A stretch of DNA of 58,054 nt from a virus (taxonomy: Duplodnaviria; Caudoviricetes). Numbering within the stretch: position 1 is the first letter of the stretch; each line of letters opens with the position of its first letter. The notes below the pieces were generated by a model. It ran no database searches. It was not told where the DNA came from and saw only the letters and a program-made list of their open reading frames with translations. The stretch lies in the IMG/VR virus record IMGVR_UViG_3300036851_000122, positions 1 to 58,054 of that record. One strand, 5' to 3'. Positions 47,922 through 55,472 of the stretch are shown here, one piece after another. Both the position numbers and the translations under genes were made by a program.

Positions 47922-48458
47922 TTATGAACAGGTGCCAGGAGGTTTAGTGCGAGCAGTTCGGATGCCCCACGGGACGGTAGTAAGATCAGCAGCTTTGGCA
48001 TAGCGGTCTGCCTTGATGAGGTCATCAATGCTACGCTCTTCGACCGTTCCTTCTACAGTACGTGTACGGCGGGGTGACTTGGCTAGATCGATAAACTCTT
48101 GGGTGGTGATGCCTGGAACAGGCGGAGTACGGACGGCTGCGGGGTCGAATATCTCAATCTCGATGCCTTCGTCTTCAGACGGGTAGGTATCTGGTTCGGC
48201 ACCAACATATGCCTTGAAGAAGCCGATGTAGTTGCCGGCGACTGCTACTCCTGCTGGTTGGAAGTCATAATCCACCCAACCGTTGACGGCGTCTGTGATA
48301 GTGGCAGGAGTTTCAGCAATTGCCAGAGCTCCGTCCAGATCGTACATGACGAAGTTGACAGTATGCCCAGTGAGGTTAACTGGAGCACCGCCTCTCTGGA
48401 GTTGTATTCCAAATGGGGAGAGGGTGTCCCCAACTGCTCGTTCGTGACGGTAGGTCAT
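47922..48458 (-). CDS. BppU-N-like domain fused to a head-completion (gpW-position) peptide
   Basis: GDT.......PVNLTG.TV.F.M...DA.NG.V.Y...TYP N-terminus; C-terminal G.VEERSIDDLIKADRY. Confidence 0.55.
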   Translation of the reverse strand: MTYRHERAVGDTLSPFGIQLQRGGAPVNLTGHTVNFVMYDLDGALAIAETPATITDAVNGWVDYDFQPAGVAVAGNYIGFFKAYVGAEPDTYPSEDEGIEIEIFDPAAVRTPPVPGITTQEFIDLAKSPRRTRTVEGTVEERSIDDLIKADRYAKAADLTTVPWGIRTARTKPPGTCS

Positions 48459-51400
48459 TATACTTCTCCGCTTTCGAGCTCAATAACCAGACGGCCTGTT
48501 ACGTTGATGATAAGACGCTCTCGTGGGGTCACTTGGGCTTCATCAAACGAGGGGCTGAGTATAGTTATCACTGAGGGAGTGACTGGTTGTATCTTTGAAG
48601 AAAGCAAGGGGCTACTTGCTACGTTGAGTATTCCAGGCAGTAAGGTGGACCCTGTTAGTATCTCTGGAGAGACGCTGGAGACTGAAACATCGTCAGCTGG
48701 AACATCAGCAGACTTGTGGAGAGTTATACTAGAGCTCGTGACAGAGATTACAACAGAAGTGAGGGTGTCTCCCAGAGTAGCTAGTATTTCAGCCGCAGTA
48801 ATTGTTTCTGCTACGGATGGCACGCTTGATACTTTTATTGTTTTCAGACTAGTTACTGTTTCGGAAACTGCAACAGATGGAACAGATACACTACCTGCCG
48901 ATTCAAGGATAATTCCTGTGACTACAACAACTGAAGTGATGAGCGGAACCCCGTGCACAGAGGACAGGTTTATGGATTCTACTAGCACGGAGGACGTTGG
49001 AACGCTGATGATTCTGCCTGCTCCTAGCGAAGAAGCAGTCACGGTGACTTCTGTGGGGGAAAGGAGGCTTTGCTTACCAGTGGATAAAGCAGGGGCTGAT
49101 ACTACTAGAGCCTGTGGATCAACGGGAACTGAAGAGAAAGCATTAAGAGCAGCAGCTGAAACGGTGATACTTGCGGTAGGTACATCTGCAATAATTTCCT
49201 CTTTGAAATTGCTGGAATGTAAGATGGTTCCATTGGCCCAGTGGGCTTCAATGTTTTGCTGTGTGGCAACAACACCCTTCCACAGACAAGACTGACCAAC
49301 CCCGCCAGCGTAACGGCCTAAAGCGTGATTGAAACTAAGTATTGCTGTCCCATTGAGAGCATCCCCAGAGCCTGCACTTACATCGACCTCAACCCTACCG
49401 GCCCAATTGCCATTTTTGACTGCTCCGTACACCTGCCGCACCTTATCATAAAACTGATGAACGAGGTAGAGCGTGCTAATTGAGACTGCACCCAAGTCGA
49501 TGTCACGAAGGGAGCCATTAATGGTAGCATAGGCATGTAGGTTGCCTCCTGTGACATAGTACCCATATTCTCTATTGGTACTAAAGTCATCTTTAGCAAG
49601 CATGATTGGTGTTCCGGCCACCGAATTAAGAGAAAATAGATAGGAGTGGACGTAGCTACCTGTTCCAAGTTGCACTTGTGCGGAGTTCGAGACTGTAAAT
49701 CCCTTAGTGCTATCGACTACCTGTACCCTGAGTCGGGTTCCAAAATCGTCTGTAACACCGACTTGAGTAGCTACTGTGCTCAAGACCTTATCTACTGGAG
49801 CGGCTCCCCCAATTTCATTCATTTCCCAACAATACGCAAGACCATCAGACAGTGTGTTTGCTGGGACGTCAAAGCGGCTGACATCAAATGTTGTTATCGG
49901 TTCTAAGTAAAGATCATAGGGCATGAAGACTGGCCGCGAATCGGCCATCGTCGTCTTGTTCCAGTAATCGAACATGCCCATTAGGCCGTGCTCAAACTTC
50001 AAGACGCATGTTACTTGAGCGTTGAATACTGTTCCTACAGGGCTGGCCAACATTGAATCTTGAGCCGGTCGATACGTACCTGTGGGCGTGAGTGACAATG
50101 AGTGCCTAGGACGAAACGAAACCGCTCCTCCACTATCATAGTAAATCGGGAATGAGTGAGCCAACCCAACAACTCCATCCGTGAAGTCAGCCATTGCTGG
50201 TGCCTCCCAGGTGCCTGTAACGGCAGTAATGGGAGCAGCGGCTGTGTCATTTTCGTAGTCAGCAGTTAACTGGGTAACACGAATATCAATCCCATCATCT
50301 TTGTTGTATGGGCGATATCCAACATCATCATAGTCAACGTACAGATTTGCGTCCCAGCCTCCGTCTCCATCAATCTGCATACCTGTAGGGTAAATGTCAG
50401 CCCAACCACCTAACTGTTCAATGTCAGCAGAAGTCATAACAAAGTAGGCATCGTTATCTCTAGCTGGACGATATCCGAAGAACCATAGCACAAACTTATC
50501 ATCGCTAGGCCGCTGACGAATGTGCGGACGGATGACGTACTTACGATTGGCAGGAACGGCAGCAATAATCCCAACTGGGTCCCAATTGTAGAAGTCGTCA
50601 GGCTCGAGGTTTGCACAACGATAAAGATTTATACCGTTAATGCCGTTAGCGTCCTTTCCGGCGGCTACATTACTAAAGAAATTGCAACTGGTTCCGAGCA
50701 GGTACTTGAAGCCGTCTATGATTAGAGGAGCACCACCTTGACCACTAACTATTTCTCCGCAGTGAGCCTCCAACGAGTTGCCCTCGGTGTCATACCACTT
50801 GTCGGCAGCGTCAAGTGAGTTTTTGAAGCCGTACGGGTGGTAGGGCCGAGTTATAACAACGTCTGACCCAGGTGTTGATAATGAGTTATCAAACGTCTTG
50901 AGTCTGACAGTAACCGCACCCCCCGATGCGTCCAGCGTTGCTGGAGGCCAGACAGAATCACTTTCGGTTGGATCGGTGGCATCTGTTCTGTAGTACGTCG
51001 TTCCCGATGTTGTCCAATTTGTATTGGTTGGATGGAACAGCCCATCAGTTTTCCGCCCACCGTTCGGGTATGGTCGAGGAGGGGCTGGTTTCACACTAGT
51101 TGGCCCGCCAGCCTCCACAAAGAACTTTATCTCAGCAATGTTGCATCTGCTGCCTGTGGGGCCTAAGTAGCGAACGTATCGCCTACTAGGAGCACCAACA
51201 ATATCGACGTAAGTGAATTGGAGGGAGTGGTAAACAGGGAACGTGGGGATTGTATAGATATCTGTAACGCCTGTAGCGAATGTCGGATCGTCAGAGACCT
51301 GAAACTTGCCGCCTCCCAAACGCTTCTCGTATTCGCTTTCATCGGCTGGCGTTGAATCTGTACGTCGAGGGGCAAACCCTACTTTCTTAACAACACCAGC

Positions 51401-51565
51401 CGATCCCAAATCCTTCCCCACCCAATCCCCAGAGACATTTGCAGCACTGAAGAAGGTCGTGAAGCTACCATCAAACACCTTGTCCTTCTCGTCCGCAGCA
51501 GTCCCACTCTCGGAGCCTGTGCTTCCGATAATGGTCCCAATAGCCTCAACAATCCCAGTAGCCAT
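48458..51565 (-). CDS. Multidomain glycan-binding/glycosidase virion protein: F5/8C (CBM32)-like + Fn3-like + GH43-like propeller + LamG + Ser/Val/Thr-rich stalk
   Basis: FDG...TFF, WVG.DLG, RYVRY, IAEIKF; EAH.G, RP, D..LYVD.D, EAPAM; LAYCWEMNE. Confidence 0.65.
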   Translation of the reverse strand: MATGIVEAIGTIIGSTGSESGTAADEKDKVFDGSFTTFFSAANVSGDWVGKDLGSAGVVKKVGFAPRRTDSTPADESEYEKRLGGGKFQVSDDPTFATGVTDIYTIPTFPVYHSLQFTYVDIVGAPSRRYVRYLGPTGSRCNIAEIKFFVEAGGPTSVKPAPPRPYPNGGRKTDGLFHPTNTNWTTSGTTYYRTDATDPTESDSVWPPATLDASGGAVTVRLKTFDNSLSTPGSDVVITRPYHPYGFKNSLDAADKWYDTEGNSLEAHCGEIVSGQGGAPLIIDGFKYLLGTSCNFFSNVAAGKDANGINGINLYRCANLEPDDFYNWDPVGIIAAVPANRKYVIRPHIRQRPSDDKFVLWFFGYRPARDNDAYFVMTSADIEQLGGWADIYPTGMQIDGDGGWDANLYVDYDDVGYRPYNKDDGIDIRVTQLTADYENDTAAAPITAVTGTWEAPAMADFTDGVVGLAHSFPIYYDSGGAVSFRPRHSLSLTPTGTYRPAQDSMLASPVGTVFNAQVTCVLKFEHGLMGMFDYWNKTTMADSRPVFMPYDLYLEPITTFDVSRFDVPANTLSDGLAYCWEMNEIGGAAPVDKVLSTVATQVGVTDDFGTRLRVQVVDSTKGFTVSNSAQVQLGTGSYVHSYLFSLNSVAGTPIMLAKDDFSTNREYGYYVTGGNLHAYATINGSLRDIDLGAVSISTLYLVHQFYDKVRQVYGAVKNGNWAGRVEVDVSAGSGDALNGTAILSFNHALGRYAGGVGQSCLWKGVVATQQNIEAHWANGTILHSSNFKEEIIADVPTASITVSAAALNAFSSVPVDPQALVVSAPALSTGKQSLLSPTEVTVTASSLGAGRIISVPTSSVLVESINLSSVHGVPLITSVVVVTGIILESAGSVSVPSVAVSETVTSLKTIKVSSVPSVAETITAAEILATLGDTLTSVVISVTSSSITLHKSADVPADDVSVSSVSPEILTGSTLLPGILNVASSPLLSSKIQPVTPSVITILSPSFDEAQVTPRERLIINVTGRLVIELESGEV

Positions 51566-51576
51566 GGATTAAACTC

Positions 51577-53355
51577 TCACTTGCTGCGGGGGAGCGTCTG
51601 ACGGATTTCGATCCTGTCTTCGAAGACTTCTACAGTTTGGTGCTCGTTGGCATACCTAAGAGGAAACTGAATAACAGGGTTCGGCGGAGGTGGGATGGGG
51701 ATGGTGTCTTTTCCTACCCTTGTGGTAATGCTCGTCCTGTTCGGTGTATCGGAGGACAACCTCATCATCCACCAGCCTTCTTCACTGGCAGACATATAAG
51801 TGCCGACGTTAACATTTTTGACTTCGAGCTCTTTTGAGCGGTAGGGAGCATCACTTGTGATCTTTACAGGAGTGCCGCTATCAAGAAGGTAGATAAACCC
51901 GTCTGGTGTTTCGGTTGGTTCGCGTTTACTGTGAAATGTCTGTTCCCAGTTGTGCTTTCTGCTACTAATGGCAGCACTGTCCCAACTGTAGTATCTATCT
52001 AATCTGGTCGGCTCTGTGCCCTCGAAGTCGTCTCGGATTTCCAGTTCTGTTCCGTAGAGTATTGTACGTCTCCAAAGAGTTAAAAAGGCAGGCGGAGGGT
52101 CCCAGTACGGCTGGTTGTATCTCTCCCCTTTTGTTTCCATTATGATCTTGGCCTTACCTTCTATGACGTCAGCAGATACAGTCTTGCGATCTGCCATAGG
52201 ACCGAGACCGAAGACCTTGCCACTGTTGAACACTCCCCAAGGAGCGTAGCATAGAGGGTGATCGAGGAGCCACTCTCCGTCTTTGTACAGACGAACGTCC
52301 CAATCGTTCATCTGATGGTCCACCCCTACAGGATTTGCCGAGAAGGTGTTTAGGAAGTCGTCGCCTTTACGGAAGATGGTGAGACCTGGTCCTGTGGTCC
52401 TGATGCCTTGCGGATTATCAGCAAGTGGGTTGGCCTGTAGCAGACTAGAATCAAAGACCCAGTATGTGCGATACAGTGTATGATAGAGGTCAATGGGTTT
52501 GTACTGCTGAGCCAATCGAGAAAGCAGAGCCAGAAGCTTTCCATCTTGGTCTCCACCCAAGCCAACAACTAGGGCCATTAGGGGAAGTCTGGAATGTGCA
52601 AGAATGTCTCTTGGATGCTCGATGTCTCCCCAATGGGCTGGTTGCTTTAGGTTGGATGTTATATTCCATTGCAACTGCTTTGCTAGTTCTGGAAGCCAGG
52701 CTTTGATTTCTGGGAATCTTGAAAGGTCGGGGGACACTGACCAGGCACCCATCAGGAGTATCTGGGAAGTCCCCTCGTTGTAGCCAACTGCTGCTTCTAT
52801 CCATTCCCCGTTTTTGGCGTGGACTAAGAAGGAAAGAATCGCTTCCCACATTTGGGGAACGATTGGATTGCTAGAATATGTTGTTCCTAGCAACCCGTCG
52901 GTTTTGAGAATAGGGAAGTAATGACCGACAACAACGTCTGAGTCGTTCAGGCGAGTGTTACTTACCATAAACTGAGACCAACTGCTCAGTTTGGTTTTCC
53001 ATTCTTCACGCTCCTTGGCTGTCATGTCCCCCTGGAGAGCTTCGTAGAGGACAGGCCAAACGTGAGCGTACTCCCTAGAGTCGTTCAGGTCCGACGGTAG
53101 GGGCTTGAAGGCAGCACTAGCAGCATCAATCGCTCGGCGAGCGTAGGACTTGTTTCCAGTCTGCTTGAAGACAATAGCTTCCCACTGGCCGAAGTCCCCG
53201 TATGGTGGAGGTTCCCTGTCTGCAAACTGTTTTGGAAACTCTTGCCACTCTTTGGCAACAGGGGAAACCTCCACTAGGAAGCTGGAAGCTACCCACAAAG
53301 CTAGAGCAGTAGCAACTCCCGCTGCGGAGGTTCCGGCAATGGTTCTGGTCTTCAT
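51577..53355 (-). CDS. Putative polysaccharide lyase (heparinase II/III-like) with N-terminal signal/TM segment
   Basis: Helical N-half with GEW.E...YN and WGD; C-half DH....D..LY..GEWLLD. Confidence 0.5.
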   Translation of the reverse strand: MKTRTIAGTSAAGVATALALWVASSFLVEVSPVAKEWQEFPKQFADREPPPYGDFGQWEAIVFKQTGNKSYARRAIDAASAAFKPLPSDLNDSREYAHVWPVLYEALQGDMTAKEREEWKTKLSSWSQFMVSNTRLNDSDVVVGHYFPILKTDGLLGTTYSSNPIVPQMWEAILSFLVHAKNGEWIEAAVGYNEGTSQILLMGAWSVSPDLSRFPEIKAWLPELAKQLQWNITSNLKQPAHWGDIEHPRDILAHSRLPLMALVVGLGGDQDGKLLALLSRLAQQYKPIDLYHTLYRTYWVFDSSLLQANPLADNPQGIRTTGPGLTIFRKGDDFLNTFSANPVGVDHQMNDWDVRLYKDGEWLLDHPLCYAPWGVFNSGKVFGLGPMADRKTVSADVIEGKAKIIMETKGERYNQPYWDPPPAFLTLWRRTILYGTELEIRDDFEGTEPTRLDRYYSWDSAAISSRKHNWEQTFHSKREPTETPDGFIYLLDSGTPVKITSDAPYRSKELEVKNVNVGTYMSASEEGWWMMRLSSDTPNRTSITTRVGKDTIPIPPPPNPVIQFPLRYANEHQTVEVFEDRIEIRQTLPRSK

Positions 53356-53393
53356 GACGGTTCGGCAGATAAGTGGTTGAGGTTGGAGAAGAG

Positions 53394-54437
53394 TTAGCCG
53401 GTCATCTGCATGATGCCGTCGGTGGCTGAGAAGTCGAAGGTGAAGTTGGAACCGTCAGGTGTTTTGTTGGAAGCAAACTCGATCCAGTGGAGGGGTAGAG
53501 AGCCGGCGGTGTTCACGACGAACTTTCCGAGGCCAACACCTTGGATGGGACGTGTGCCTGCTCCCAGATTGGCGACCACCTCATCGTCCGCAGAGAACTC
53601 AGCACGATCGTTTGCATCGTCCACCGCAACAGCTTGATTGTCCAGGGCTAGACCGCCAGCAGAGTAGTTGGCTCCATCAAACTCGTCGGCGGTAATGTCG
53701 CTAAAGGTGTCCACCGCATCCCGGATAGTGTCCAGGGTGGTGTTGGTCATCAACGGCCAGATGCGAATATCATCTGAAACGAGGTTTATGGCACCTGTCC
53801 AGTATTGCGTGAAGGCAAACTGGAGACCATGAGAAGCGTTCTGGATGCCGGAGCCAGTGAGGTCAGCGACCTCCCTCGTGAGGGCTTCAACGTACTTGAG
53901 GGCTTTGGGGTTTCCCTTCTTGTGCTCACCTTCCCACTGTTCTAGTTGCTTTTCACGCTGCTTGATGAGGGCAGTACGGTTTGCGAGCCACTCGGCATCA
54001 CAGTCATGTTTGGGAGCAATAAGTCGCTCCTTCCGCTGAGCAGTATCCAGGCCCTTTAGATGCCCACGGTTCAGATAGAGCTCGATAGCACGTTTCTCAT
54101 CAGTACGTGAAGCCAGCTTCCTTTGTGCGGACGTGTAGGCGTTGATACCGCCGGACTTGAAGCCGGCTGGGTTTACGCCGCCAGGAATCCTAGCTTCCTG
54201 GATAGCCCTTATCCGCCTTTCTATCACGTAGGCGGCCATATCATGAGCCAGCTTGTCAGCTTTGGGAGCGAGGTCCTTTCCGGCCTTCTCGCCATCAGCA
54301 ACCAGCAGATCAAAAGCCTTCTTGAGGAACTGTTTTGGGTCAACTGTAACCTCAGCATCAACGCCGTCGATCAGAAGAGCGTAGTGACCAGAACGCCGCT
54401 GGTCACCTCCTCGCTGATAAATTTCGAATTTGGGCAT
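53394..54437 (-). CDS. Two-domain protein with a virion-structural-type C-terminal domain
   Basis: C-terminal INL..D.IR..L, E..G.NY.AGG..L, P.G.NFT..F...GI. Confidence 0.55.
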   Translation of the reverse strand: MPKFEIYQRGGDQRRSGHYALLIDGVDAEVTVDPKQFLKKAFDLLVADGEKAGKDLAPKADKLAHDMAAYVIERRIRAIQEARIPGGVNPAGFKSGGINAYTSAQRKLASRTDEKRAIELYLNRGHLKGLDTAQRKERLIAPKHDCDAEWLANRTALIKQREKQLEQWEGEHKKGNPKALKYVEALTREVADLTGSGIQNASHGLQFAFTQYWTGAINLVSDDIRIWPLMTNTTLDTIRDAVDTFSDITADEFDGANYSAGGLALDNQAVAVDDANDRAEFSADDEVVANLGAGTRPIQGVGLGKFVVNTAGSLPLHWIEFASNKTPDGSNFTFDFSATDGIMQMTG

Positions 54438-54523
54438 AAGTGCCTCCGAGTGTAAGGGTGCAACCGGCTACTTTGGATTTTATTAGTTCATACGGGTCAC
54501 AAGCCAGGGCATATTTAGCAGTG

Positions 54524-54940
54524 CTATTTCTTCCTCCGTAAGTGCTTACTCTGACGTTTGGGCGGCTTTTCTGTGGGGAAAGGTCGTGAAGAAGGCTCCT
54601 TAGCCGCGGGCAATGGAGGGTAAGGGTTGCCATTGGCTTGGGCCTCCGCTGGTGAGAGTAGCCCGTTAATAATCTCCAGGTTGCCAGCAGCCCGTCCTAG
54701 GTCGTAGGCGGGCCGCATGGCCGAATCGTGGGGTATGGATGGCGACTTTACGAGGTCTTCGTGTTGGAACTCGACCGTAGTGAAGGTTATCCCACAGTTG
54801 CGGCACTGTCGCCGTCGTTTGATGGTGGTGATCTTCTTCTTGCGGAATTCACGCTCGATGACCTCGGTGCCCGTCACTTTGGACTGCTTGCATCCGCAGT
54901 AGCGACATTCGAATTTGTCGGTTGGTTCGCCGAGTGGCAT
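54524..54940 (-). CDS. NrdR-N/Ogr-like Zn-ribbon protein
   Basis: CRYCG...SKV...RRRQCRNCG..FTTVE; no ATP cone. Confidence 0.7.
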   Translation of the reverse strand: MPLGEPTDKFECRYCGCKQSKVTGTEVIEREFRKKKITTIKRRRQCRNCGITFTTVEFQHEDLVKSPSIPHDSAMRPAYDLGRAAGNLEIINGLLSPAEAQANGNPYPPLPAAKEPSSRPFPTEKPPKRQSKHLRRKK

Positions 54941-54959
54941 TGGTTTTCTTCCACAAGGG

Positions 54960-55223
54960 TTAAGTATCAGTCAAATTCCGGAAAGGCTTTACAGTCGTCA
55001 ACCAGACTGGAGGCATAGTTACACCGAGGACACCGAGCCACACGCGACCAGTGCGGTTGATCTCCTCGAGCTCCTCTTTGGTGAGCTTCCAGCAGGAGAT
55101 GACTGTGGGGCGGTGTTGAGTATCATTACCACGCCAGATGGACAGGGAATAGACCTCGTCTTCCGTCATTCCAGCAGGCGGACCTAGAAACGTGTTGGAC
55201 TCGTCGAAGGAGCAGGCTTCCAT
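54960..55223 (-). CDS. Conserved-type phage hypothetical protein
   Basis: ISCWKLT.EELEEI..TGRVWL....MPPV. Confidence 0.65.
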   Translation of the reverse strand: MEACSFDESNTFLGPPAGMTEDEVYSLSIWRGNDTQHRPTVISCWKLTKEELEEINRTGRVWLGVLGVTMPPVWLTTVKPFRNLTDT

Positions 55224-55229
55224 AGGACT

Positions 55230-55472
55230 CTACCTCCGGTAGTTGTTCAACTCTTGCTTATACTTATCCAGGTCAGCATGAGCAGAGAGGGTTCTGGCGA
55301 ATTGCACGTTTGTCTGTTGCTTCCAATAGTCAACTTCACGTTTGAGCTGCTTGATCTCAACGTCCTTCTGCTTGAGGAGGTTAGTGGCTGTACGGTCGGC
55401 GGCTATCCCCCACCAGAGGAAGCATAGTGACAAGGTTAAGAAGAACAGGGATTGTAGGTTGTGTCTCATCAC
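55230..55472 (-). CDS. Membrane-anchored coiled-coil protein
   Basis: N-terminal TM segment; overlaps the TerL stop. Confidence 0.5.
   Translation of the reverse strand: MMRHNLQSLFFLTLSLCFLWWGIAADRTATNLLKQKDVEIKQLKREVDYWKQQTNVQFARTLSAHADLDKYKQELNNYRR

Larger units (their letters stand above)
453..54486 (+). repeat. Dispersed motif B, TGGMKTTTATTRG (~17 copies)
   Basis: Copies (GG start) at 453, 2239, 4712, 9136, 12220, 15887, 21624, 24456, 28120, 28188, 34181, 39754, 40601, 45528, 47635, 54475; variant at 5891; reverse variants at ~18119 and ~23936. Confidence 0.8.

Noticed and set aside
43768-49295. Long plus-strand ORFs (43768-44958, 48099-49295) and similar antisense ORFs elsewhere
   Set aside because: They are shadows of well-supported minus-strand genes and show no motifs
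54524-54940. True NrdR repressor
   Set aside because: Only the Zn ribbon is present; there is no ATP cone and no nrd genes
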